A stretch of DNA of 64,000 nt, taken from contig NW_013657648.1 of assembly GCF_000142905.1 (NCBI RefSeq), forward strand, positions 134,289 through 198,288, given 5' to 3'. The DNA is from Thecamonas trahens ATCC 50062 (lineage: Eukaryota; Protista; Apusomonadida). Position numbers and translations under genes: made by a program. The notes beneath the pieces were generated by a model. The model did not search any database, was not told the origin of the DNA, and saw nothing but the letters and a program-made list of their open reading frames with translations. This document shows positions 1 to 10,390 of this stretch, piece by piece (the stretch's first letter is position 1; each line of letters starts with the position of its first letter).

Positions 1-3000
1 CGCCAGCATCAAGCAGCGCATTAGTCACATGGAACGCGATCGGCTTGCGGACCTCGAGCAGCTGGTCGAGGTGCTCGGCGAGAATGGGTGCATTGAGCGG
101 CAGCGCAAGCATGGCGTCGTATACCCGCAGCAGAAACGCAAGCAGCACCGGGGGGTACGGCTTACGCTCGAGGAGCGGCGCAAGTGCGTTAAACGTCCGC
201 ACCGCAGCCTCGGTAACGAGCGCATAGTCGGAGACCAGCGTGCCAAGCTGGATTCCAAACAGCAGGTTCGACGCAGTCTGCAGTCGGTACAACTCGGACG
301 AGAGGAGCGGGAGCGACGAGCCCGGGGCGTCCGAGCCAGCCGCTGCTGCTCGGGTTGTCTGCATTCGGGCCTCGGTCAGCCGCAGCTCGCGGGTGTCGAG
401 CTCGGCGAGCCGGAACAGCGCGAGCGCAAACGAGCGCAGCAGAGATTCGGACGCCGACGCCACAACGTGCGGGACAAGTGCTCCCGGGTGGATGCTGTCA
501 TCGGCACGAGAGGGGGCAAGTGAGCCGTCCGACGCCGTGAACGCTCCCGAGGACTTGTCGAGCGCGCCACCCAGCTCCGAGTTGGCGGTTGTGTTGAGGA
601 GGCCGATGCCGGCCGAGCCACCACTGCCGGCGTCAGGCGTATCGAACGAGACAAAGCGGGCAAAGAGCTTGGCCGCCGCGTCACGAGTTGGCCCGTACGC
701 CCGCAGCACAAACGCTGTCTCCACAAACTCGGTCCAGATGTAGTCAAGCGGTAGCGGCATGCAGGTGACCAGCTCACCAGTCGACGCCGATACCGCGCCC
801 GAGACAAGATTGCCACTCGCGTCCTCGGCCGCCATGGCAAAAGCGTAGCCGGTGTTGGCCTTGAGGTTGCGAACAACAAAGAGCGGCGGCGGCGCGCCGG
901 CCTTGGTTGCAATCCGCACCCCGGTCCCCTCCAGCTCAGTGTTGGAGGCCGCGACCGCAGTGCCGGCGCCAAACGGCTTGCCGTACAGCACATAGGAGGC
1001 GATGGCCGACGCGTCAAACGCCGACTCGTCGAGCCGCGGCGGCCGGAGCGCCATCGACGTCGAAGTGCGGTAGACAAGGAGAGGCGGCGGAAGGACCGGC
1101 TTGCCGCGCACGCTGCGGCTCTTGGTAGGTGACGATCCGTACGAGCCGCTGGGATCGTGGACCGCATACAGCATGGCCTTTTCGGCCTCGCGTGCCGCCT
1201 CGAGCGTCGATGCCGCCTCCTGCAGGAGCGACCGCTGCTCGCGCTTCGACTGGTGGACCTTGGCCAGTTCCATCAGAACAACGGCGCGCCGGTACAGGTT
1301 CTTACCAGTCTCACCAAGGAGCCGCGCCTCAACAACCAGGTTGTACTCGCTCGAAGCAACCATCGAGAGCGAGCCGCCAGTGACCGAGCGGAGCGAGTTG
1401 AACGATGCCGACTGCTGGATGACCCGCGCTTGCGCCTGCGAGCTTGATCCGCGCTTGCCCGACGAAGGGACCGAGGTGCCCTTGCCGCTGGCGCCGCGCT
1501 TGCCGGACCGCAGCGTTCCGCCGTCGGTCGACGCAAACGTCGAGAACGAGTGGATCGAGCCGATGGTTGAGCCGGTCGCCCCACCCTTGCCGTGTTGCGC
1601 CGGCAGCGCCTGGATGCCGACCGCGAGCGTTGCCCGCGTGTACAGAATGATGAGGTCCACCTCGAGTGTGCCCAGCCGCTGCAGGTAGAGCGGGAGCGGC
1701 TGATCGGGACCCAGGGTCGGTGCGTCCATCGACATCGACAGCGTCGGGTGTGACTGTGAGACAAGCAGTGCCTTTGAGCTGTTGATTGCCGCTAGCGCCG
1801 GCCGCACCGCCTGGCGAACCTCGCGGAGAAAGCCTGCCTCCTCCAGCCGGAGTCCAAGCTCAAGTGCGATCGATCCACAGAGAAGCTGGTCGTAGAACTC
1901 GAGCCCGAGTAAGGTCTGGTGGATGGCCGAGAGGACAAAGATGTCAAAGTCAGGCGAGAGCACCGCCGCCGCTGCCACCAACCCGGCCCCGGCCTGCTCG
2001 GCCTCGGCCTGAGCGCCGCGGACCTTGGCTGAGAGCTCGAGGTATTGCGAATGGAGAAAGAGCGCAACGTCGAGCAGAAGCGCAGCGTGGTCGACCACCG
2101 CTGCAGACGCCGGGCTCACCCGTCTAGAGCCGTGTGCAGTAAAGCACGACGACAGCGAGATGGCGATTTGCTGCAGCAGTTGCAACCGCTGTGCAACCGG
2201 CGGCTCACCCACTCCCGTGCCTTGGCCTGTAGGCGTAGGATTCGGTGGTGTGGTGCCGCTACCGGCTTGCGAAAGCGCACCGAGGCGCGGGAGCGATCGC
2301 ATGCCGGCGCGGCGCGGCGTGGTCGGCCGCCCGCTCTTCGGCGAGCGCGGCGGCCGCGGAAGCGAGGACGTCTTGGGTGAGTGTGGCGACGGGCGCGGCG
2401 AATGCGGCTCAGGCGTGAGTCCGGTCAGCGCCTTTTGAATGGCGGCATGTGACGGCTCGACTAGCGCCGCACCGCTGCGGTATGAGTAAACACATCGAAG
2501 CAAGTCTAGACGAAGGGTCGCGGCGTTGTTGATGGCGCCATCAGCGGCGGCGCTCGGCACCGCCGCCCATCCACGCAACGGCAGCAGATGCTCCGGGAGG
2601 AGCGAGTCAAACTTGAGCCGCACAAAGGCAGAGGTCCAGAGCCGTGAGAAAAACTCCCACTTGACATGCTGGAGCGCGAGGTCGATGATCGCGAGATGGG
2701 TCTCAATGCCAAAAAGAGTTGGAATGAGGAAGCTGGACGGGAGCTTCGGGACCGCCGACGACGACGATGTGCCCGAACGAGACGACTTGCTGGCTGTAGT
2801 AGCCGAGCCCGTGCTTCGCGGTGTCCGAGAGCCTGTCCCACGCCTCGAAGCCTTGCTTGACGAAGTCGGGCGCGATGCGGTGCCGGGCCGCGAGCTCGGC
2901 CGTGTCCCGCTGGATGACGGGCAGGCGGTTGCGAGGCCGGCGTCCTCGCGCGTTGCGGTCGGCGCGAGCCATGCCGCGAGAAGCGGAGAAGTGATTATGT

Positions 3001-4905
3001 CAAGGACATCAAGGAGACGTGAAGCAACGTTTGCGCGCGCCTCGTCGAGCTTGGGCGTCGCCAGCGGGCGTGCGTTCGGCTCGGTGAGACCATGGACAAC
3101 GGCTGCCACCATCGCTTTGCCCGAAGGAAACATCGAGGCAAGCACTATGGCAAGCGCGGTCGGGTTGGCCGCAGAGGCAAACAGGGTGCCTACTTTCTTG
3201 GCTTCCGAAGTATCATAAAGCCTGATCTTTGCGAGACCACCGTCTGTCGCTGACGACGACGCTGACGCCGAGCCCGAGTCGTGCCCGCCGTCACGACCAG
3301 AGCCTGGAGCCGAGCTGCCACCGTCGCTCCGGCCGGCTGCGGACGAGCTTGTTGCAGCCCCGCGCGAACTGCGCTGCGATCGCGACGAGCGCGACGCACG
3401 GGAGTTCGACCGCGGCGACGGGTGAAAGCGTTCTGACGAAGTCGCATCTGCTGCCGAGAGTGAAGTCGGAATGGCATCGTTCTCACCGAGGCCGAGCAAG
3501 TGCTTGAGCGCCTGTCGCCGCGAAGACGACAGCGCCGTGAGCTTTGGTGAGGAGCGCGACCTAGCCGGCGGGTGGCGAGCGCGGCGACTGCAAGCGACGG
3601 TTCATGCAGCAGATACTTGAGCGAGATGGCGAGAAGCCGAGCAGCAGCATCGTCAAAGGCAGCCAAGGTCGAGGCAGGCGGCGGCACCAAGTCGGAGCGC
3701 TCGAGCTCTTCCAGAAAGTGCAGCCTGTCGATGGCGCGAGTGAGGGCGGCCGAGGCGGCCGAGTAAGAACCAAGGTCTTCATACGCCTCGACAATAAAGA
3801 TGTAAATGGAGATGCGCCAAGCCAGATTTTCGACAGCTAGAGTGTCGACTCGGGCCTCGAGCGCCGTGGCGGCGTAGAGGGCAAAGTCGAGGACATGGGC
3901 AGTAAGGCCGAGCGCAAACGGGCGCTGAATCGACCGGTAGAGGAGAATGGTGCCATTGAGCGTGAGCCAGGTGAGCGCAGGAGAGACAAAGGTTACCCGA
4001 AGCGCGGTCTGCATATCGATGAGCGCGGCGCGGACGTCGGCAATGGTCTCCGGCCGCATGTATCGCGGGTCGACGAGCTCCGCGGCTACGATGGCACACT
4101 GTGCTGCACCGTAGCTGGCTCGGACAGCCAGTTCGGCTTCCGATGGTGCAGCACCGGCCGCGTCAGGGCGACTTACCAGCGGTGGCGTGGCCAGCGTTGC
4201 CGACGCGCCGGCCGCAAGCTGCGAGCGCGAGGCCGTCGCCGCCGGCGGCACGGCCTGAGTCGCCTCGGACGGCGAGCGGGTGAGGACGGCAATCGAGTGG
4301 GCGACAATGTCCGAAGGCGGCCCGCCCCGCGGTGTCCGCATGTCGGTGGCAGCTTGCTTCGGCCGCGGCGCAGCCACGGCGGTGAGGTAGCCCTCGGCGG
4401 TTGAGTAGACCCGCTCGATGACGGTGCGGACCTCGGGGTGCTCAAAGAAGAGGCGCAGCGCGGCGTGGGCATGCCCGCCGGCCAACAGCCGCTCACCGGT
4501 AGCAACCAAGACCGAGACAAAGAAGGCCTGTGGGACTTTGGGCGGAGCCATGGCTTCCAGAAGGCCCGTCATCCGCAGCGAGACCGAGTTGCGCAGCGAG
4601 GCGTCGGCGCCGGCCGCCTGGAACGACCGCACGTACTCGTCCAGCGACGCCGCAAACGTCTTGCTCGCCGCAGCCTGGTACCGGTCGGTCCCGGCATGAA
4701 CCGGCCCGCCTCCTTCGTTGTGCTTCTTGGGCGGCAGTTTTCTATGTGCCACGTCGTCCGTGCCCTGTCGAGGTGGGGAGACGTGTAGCGCCAGCCGCCG
4801 CGTGGTGGTGTGGCTGGCGCGAAAACCGGTGGCCGGCCGGCTGCCCGCCCGCCAGGACGGACCCAGGGGGAAGGCCTGGCGCCAAACGCAACGCCGTGGC
4901 GGCAT
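1..4905 (-). CDS. CFAP54: Cilia- and flagella-associated protein 54 (N-terminal part; continues beyond window start; one frame break near 3570)
   Basis: ORF 3190..5091 contains WLTLNGTILLY...VLDFALYAATALE...LAWRISIYIFIVEAYED, matching the CFAP54 N-terminal domain as recalled. After adding one base near 3570 the frame (..ARSRSSPKL..KVGTLFAS..) appears open to position 1. Start uncertain: in-frame ATGs at 4905 and 4572. Confidence 0.75.
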
Positions 4906-5807
4906 CACGCGCTCGGGCAGCGGGTAGTCTTGGAGGAGTTTACGGCTTTGACGCCTTGGATGGTGGTCGCGCCCTGTGAAGGTACAGCTCGCCCCAGGCC
5001 GGACTTGGCCGGCAGGCAGGCCCGACAGGGCAGGAGATCGTGAGAAGCTGCCGCAAGTAGCTGCATCACGAGTACAGTTGTCAAACAACACACAATCACA
5101 CTTGCAGTAACACTTGTTCCAGACGGAGGAGAGATCAAGACCGTTGACGTGGCGAGGTCATGGCCACCGACAGTGGGCGAGCGAGGCGCACGCAAGTGGT
5201 TACTCTGAGATCAACCAGGCCAGGCCAGCTACAAGATAGTGCAGACTACGCAGCATGCATGATCCCGCGATGGACGACCTGGCTCGTTACGGTAGCCAGG
5301 ATGGACAGCCGTGCCGTATCCTGGATATCCAGGGTTCTCGTTGTGGCGTGGGCCAGGTGCGTTGGGAGTGTACGCCGGCGGCGACGCATACGTCGACCCC
5401 AGCAGTGATGCCTGTTTGGCTTCGTGTGCCTACTCCCTCCCCGCCCCACCAGCCATACCGACCACATCCATCCCACCCGTCCCATCGGCCATAGCCATGA
5501 CAGCAGCTGTGAGTGTTCCACGCCTTGCTGCACGTCGCGCACGTGCGGTTCCTTCCCCTACCGCCTCTCCTTCGCCCCCATCCGCCTCTACCTATGCTTG
5601 CCAGACACCGTACCTTGCCAGACATGTATGTATGTATATGAATATATGAATATATGCGTGTGTGTGTGGGGGGGGGGAGGGTAGGGTCGAGAGTGGTCTG
5701 GTGTTGTGTGCTCGCGTGTGCGGGGTGACCGGCTCGTTGGCGTGACCAACATGCCCCATGGCTCGATCATGCCCTGCCGCAGTGTGCCCGATCAGTCTCA
5801 GCCGTGG

Positions 5808-5813
5808 GCACAC

Positions 5814-5846
<33 letters not shown>

Positions 5847-5863
5847 TACACACACACACACAT
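5808..5863. repeat. (CA)n microsatellite in the divergent intergenic region
   Basis: Direct reading: cacacacacatacacatacacacacac... Confidence 0.9.
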
Positions 5864-6117
5864 ACCGAATCGCAAGCAGTCACAACTGAACGCAGTTATC
5901 CATCAGGCTTCCATTGCCCGATCAAGCACGCCGCAGGGCCCGCTCAAGGCAAGCTTCTTACTGCCTCTGCCTGCTGCCTGACAGCCCATTCCGAGTCGCA
6001 CTCGGCGGAACAGCTGGACAGCTGAACAGGGCACAAACACAGCCACAAGCCAAACACTGCACTCCCCTCCCCTCCCCCCCCCCCCCCCCATTCCATTTCA
6101 CCCCCCTGCACGCGGCA

Positions 6118-7566
6118 ATGGCTGACCTGCGGTGGTCCGACTCGTCGCTCATCGACATCACCGGCCCGGTCGAGGTCGAGACGCCTCAGGCTCAGGCTCG
6201 GCCGCCTGACAGCAGCACTACCACCGCCACCACAGCCAGCAAAGACAACAACGACGACATCACGCTCTCGCTTGACACGGCGAGTGAGACAGGTGGCGAT
6301 TCGACTTTGGAGATCATCGATCTGAGCTCAGGGTCGCCGTCACGGCCGTCATCCCCGTCTACCTCGCTGCTGCTGTCGCCGTCACGGGTGCGGAAGCGGA
6401 AGCGGAAGCGGCGGCAGACACGCGAGTCTCTCGACACAGACGCTACCATCAACCTTGTGTCCGATGCTGAGCCTGAGCCTGTTGCTGTAGCTGAAGCCGA
6501 TCCCGAGGCGACGCTATCATTCGTGGCCGATGCGGAGACGGACAGCTCACCGCTCAAGCGACAGAGGACGCTGATGTTGCCGAGTCGCGAGCCGGGCCCG
6601 GCGCCGGATCGGATCCGTGCACTGGTTGACTCGGAGACCCATGCTGCCGAGCTGCGGTTCCTCTGCTCGGTGTTGGGCGTGGATACGGAGTCGGAAGGCG
6701 AGGATCGGTTGGTCGCCGTACGAGATGCGCTTGTGGCCGCCAATTGGGACCAGGGCAGTGCGTTCGAGCAGCTTCGCCCTACCTCGCGGGTCGCTGGCGC
6801 CGAGCCGGCGGCGGCCTGTCTCATCTGCCTCGACGATTTGGACGGCGAATCGCTCTACTTTGCACTCGACACCTGCACACATCTGTTCCATCACGCTTGC
6901 CTCGCACAGCACATTGTGTTCAAGCTCGAGGCACTCGCGTTTCCGGTCTGCTGCCCGATGCCCGACTGTAGTGCGGAGCTTGCGCCGTCAGACGTCGAGA
7001 ACCACCTCGAGCCCGACCAGTGGGCGGCGTACTGCTCCCAGTCGTTCGCGCACGCGCTTCGCGCGCCATCGTTTGTCCACTGCCCGACTCCCGACTGCCC
7101 GTTTGCCGCCGAGATGGATCTCCCGCCCCTGGCTAGCGGCTCAGGACCCGACGCCGGGAGCTACGTCGAGCTCGCATGCCCTGCGTGCGAGCAAACAAGC
7201 TGCGCCCGGTGCCAGCGTCCTGCCCATGCCGGCATGACGTGCGGCGCGGCCAAGGCTGCGGCGCTCGAGTCGCAGCTCGAGTCATCGATCGCGGGCCTCG
7301 GCATGCGGCAGTGTCCCTCTTGCAGAGTATGGATCGAAAAGGTGGACGGGTGTGACAAGATCCGTTGTCTGTGCGGCGCCAAGTGGTGCTTTGTCTGCCT
7401 CACGCCCAACGCCACCTGCTCGTGCACCTCGCGCGCTCACGGCTTTCACCCCGCATCGGCCGTCGTCACCAACTTTGGCCGCTCCACCGCATCCGAGGCC
7501 GCAGGCGCTAGCTCGGTCGCCCGCCGACTCCAGCGGCAGGCCTCGCTTCTCCGGCGTGCCACCTGA
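6118..7566 (+). CDS. RBR (RING1-IBR-RING2) E3 ubiquitin ligase with UBA-like segment and SIM-rich N-terminus
   Basis: RING1 CLICLD..CTHLFHHAC..CPMPDC, IBR CPTPDC..CPACEQTSCARC..H..C, RING2 CPSCRVWIEKVDGCDKIRCLCGAKWCFVC. The ATG at 6118 follows a C-tract. Confidence 0.9.
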   Translation: MADLRWSDSSLIDITGPVEVETPQAQARPPDSSTTTATTASKDNNDDITLSLDTASETGGDSTLEIIDLSSGSPSRPSSPSTSLLLSPSRVRKRKRKRRQTRESLDTDATINLVSDAEPEPVAVAEADPEATLSFVADAETDSSPLKRQRTLMLPSREPGPAPDRIRALVDSETHAAELRFLCSVLGVDTESEGEDRLVAVRDALVAANWDQGSAFEQLRPTSRVAGAEPAAACLICLDDLDGESLYFALDTCTHLFHHACLAQHIVFKLEALAFPVCCPMPDCSAELAPSDVENHLEPDQWAAYCSQSFAHALRAPSFVHCPTPDCPFAAEMDLPPLASGSGPDAGSYVELACPACEQTSCARCQRPAHAGMTCGAAKAAALESQLESSIAGLGMRQCPSCRVWIEKVDGCDKIRCLCGAKWCFVCLTPNATCSCTSRAHGFHPASAVVTNFGRSTASEAAGASSVARRLQRQASLLRRAT

Positions 7567-7761
7567 GGCGTCCATGCACCACCGTCGCCCTATTGTACTG
7601 TAGGGCCCTGCACGTGAAACACTACTATGTAAATTGGCTTTCAGCCGGGGAGAACGTCACTTTCGCGGACAATACGACGTCCACCCACGCGTTCCCCAGC
7701 CAAGCCGCACGCTGAGTCAAGCAAAGACGGCACACACCACTCGCTCGGGGCTTGGAGCGAC

Positions 7762-10390
7762 ATGGTGTCGTTCCATACGCTCCGAACATGCGGCCACACA
7801 ACATTCATGCTCTTCTTTACCATCTTTGTAGTTGTGGCCTACATCCGTGTTGTCTATGATGGCCTCGCTTGGGCCGGCGTCGTCCTTCCGCTCTTCCTTG
7901 GTACGTTCGTCCGACTTGAGCCATTCAGCCATGTGACCATACAGCCATGCATGGTTTCATCACATTCCTTTTTCTGGCCCTCACACCAGGCCCTCACACC
8001 CTTGTCAACCATCATCGCCCATGCCCCCCGCCCCCTCCCCCCCCCTCCCCCCAACCACCACATCACCGCATGCCATACCATGCTCAATGCAGGCCATGCA
8101 GCCATTTGCCCTACCCCCATCCCCTTCCCCTTCCCTCCCCTGTCACTTGTTCGCTCCTCCGCAATGAAATGACACGATGCGAGACCGTAGCCCGCACCTC
8201 GCCTCCTTGCACTCACACGGATCAACGCGGCTTTCGGTGGCAACTCGTGGCGGCGGTTTGTGATGGCGACTCGTGGTGGCGACTCGTGGTGGCGATAGGT
8301 CTGGCGGTCGAGTCGGCGACGCTCGGCCACACTATTGCTCAGCTCTGGCCGTTCTTCAGGGTGGCCATACGGGTGCGGACTGGCCTGCTAGCGGCTATGT
8401 TTGTCCGCTTTCAGGCCTTTGTGTGGGTGGCAGCAGTGACGCTTGCGGTGGGCATGCTGGCAATTGTCGTGTCGGTCGAGAGCATGCACCCGGCGTGGGC
8501 GATGGCACCCATGTATCTACAGAGCTGTACCGCGCTCTTCCTATACTTGTGGATCAAGCGGGAGACCAACGACCGCATTTCGGTGGTGCGGACCCACGGC
8601 GTGTTGCATCTTTTTTCGCTTGCGCTCACCCTTCTCCTCACGTTCAAGACTACGTCTGCGCCGTACCTATCGTGGTGGATTGTGTTTTCCCCACTCTGGC
8701 TCCTCCTTGCCTCCGCCGTTGTCATCCTCATCTCGCTCATGTTCTACGTCTTCATGGTCCCTATCTCGCGGTGGCAGCGGCTCTACTTTCTCTCGCTCTA
8801 CTGCCTCCTCATCGTCACTGTGGTCGTGCCGTGCACGGTCTGCCTGGTCATCTTCACAACAGGGCTCGACGCTGGTCTCGACCCGGGCTACCAGACCGCA
8901 TTTGCGGTTGCGTTCTTCGAGCTTGTCGTCCTCTGGATCGCCTTTGCGGTGCTTGTGCGCTCCCAGCGCCGCGCGCGCCGCGCGCGCCAGCACGAAATCG
9001 AGGAGGCGCAAGCCGCGCTCGCGCGGGCGCTCGCTGCGCGGCTCGAATCGGCCCCGTCGGCGCCCGATGCAGGAGGTTCAGGCAGCTCACTGGTGGCGTC
9101 CACCACCACGCCTGGCGCGCCGGCACTCGAGTCGATCACCCGTACACCACAATCCCGGAACCGGATCGGCCCGCCGCCTCTCCCAGAAATCGCCATCTAC
9201 GAGAGCGATAACGAGTTTGAGGCGGCCACCAACGAGACATGCGTCATCTGCTTTGACGACATGGCCAACACTATTCTGCAAGACTGTGGCCACAACCAGT
9301 TCTGCATCGCCTGCGCCAGACAGGTCCGTAAGTGCCCGCTCTGCCGCGCGCCTATTGTCGGCATTGTCCACCGCCTGCCTGAATCGGCCCGTGATGCGCC
9401 GTCGCGGCAGGCCCTGGCTGCCTTTGAAATGCACCTCCGCTACGAGCACCAGCTCCAGCGCCTTGCCCATGAGAACGGCAGCGCGCCGACACGTACTCCG
9501 CTTCCACGCATCCGTCGCCGCATCGGCCCGCTCGGCTCGGACAGCATCGCTCGCGAGGGCCACGTCCCGGCCATGGCCGCCCGCCACGCCGCCGTCTCGA
9601 CCGACGAGTCGCCAGTCTCATCCACCCACGTTCGTTCGACTTCGCTCACCGCGTCGGACCGGACATCCGTCACTGTCGCAGGCTCTGGCCGGCGGACCAC
9701 CCGAATCGACGAAGAGGCGCCGCACCCGCGCGCTGTCACCCCACGCCCAATCTTCTCACAGAGCTACATGGCCTCGCTGGCCGAGCGGAGCCGAACGCCC
9801 GACGGCGACGCCCTTGCCCGTTTCTTGGCGTACATGCCCATGGCCGCGGGCCTACTTCCCGACTCCGGCCACGACGACGACGTATCAGCCACTCCCAGCG
9901 AGCCGCAGCTCTTCTCGCTCGTCGGCGCCATCCCGCGGCGCACCCGTTCGCGCTCGTCAGCTCGCTCCTCGCGGCGCTCGTCGCTCCAGACCCCCAACCT
10001 TGTCCGCATCGAGTCTGCCGAGACCTCCGAGCTGGCATCGGCCATAGCGTCGGCCCTGGCCGACGCCGATCCTGATCACGCCGCTTCCCTTGCCGATCGC
10101 AACCGCTCGAGCGCCTCCCCGAGCCCGTCGTGCCGTCCAATTCGTCTCGCTCGGTAGAACTTGACCGCGCCGACAGCTCGCGGTCCAGCTCAGCCTCGCT
10201 GAGCTTGGTCCCGGATAGCGCTGACTCGGCCGACTCTTCCTGCCTCTCGTATGACTCGGATGCGCCATCTGACGTCGGCTCGCTCTCGGACTCGATTGCT
10301 TCAGCCCGCATCTCGGGGCGCTCATCAGACTCGGTTGTTGGTAACGTTTACGACTCGCCTCATATCATCAAGTACGGCGACCAAGCGTAG
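7762..10390 (+). CDS. Multi-pass membrane protein (TMEM185/Fragile-X-F-like) with C3HC4 RING; exons 7762-7900 and 8299-10390; probable frame break near 10118
   Basis: Exon 1 MVSFHTL..WAGVVLPLFL joins GLAVES in phase through a GTACGT..GATAG intron. TM motif SWWIVFSPLWLL; RING CVICFD..CGHNQFCIAC..CPLCR. The uncorrected stop is at 10157; adding one base extends the ORF to the TAG at 10390. Confidence 0.75.
7901..8298 (+). other. Spliceosomal intron (398 nt, phase 1)
   Basis: GTACGT donor, ...ggtggcgatAG acceptor; splicing gives a continuous hydrophobic ORF. Confidence 0.7.

Noticed and set aside
4720-4745. AAAA-CTG-CCG-CCC-AAG-AAG (L/M-PPKK) as a CUG start for CFAP54
   Set aside because: An in-frame ATG exists upstream (4905), and an in-phase acceptor at 4765 could join an upstream exon, so non-AUG initiation is not required.
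7590-7640. TGTAC/TGTAA as a polyadenylation signal (also near 16790, 33218 and 62180)
   Set aside because: Too short and inconsistently placed to support without 3'-end data.
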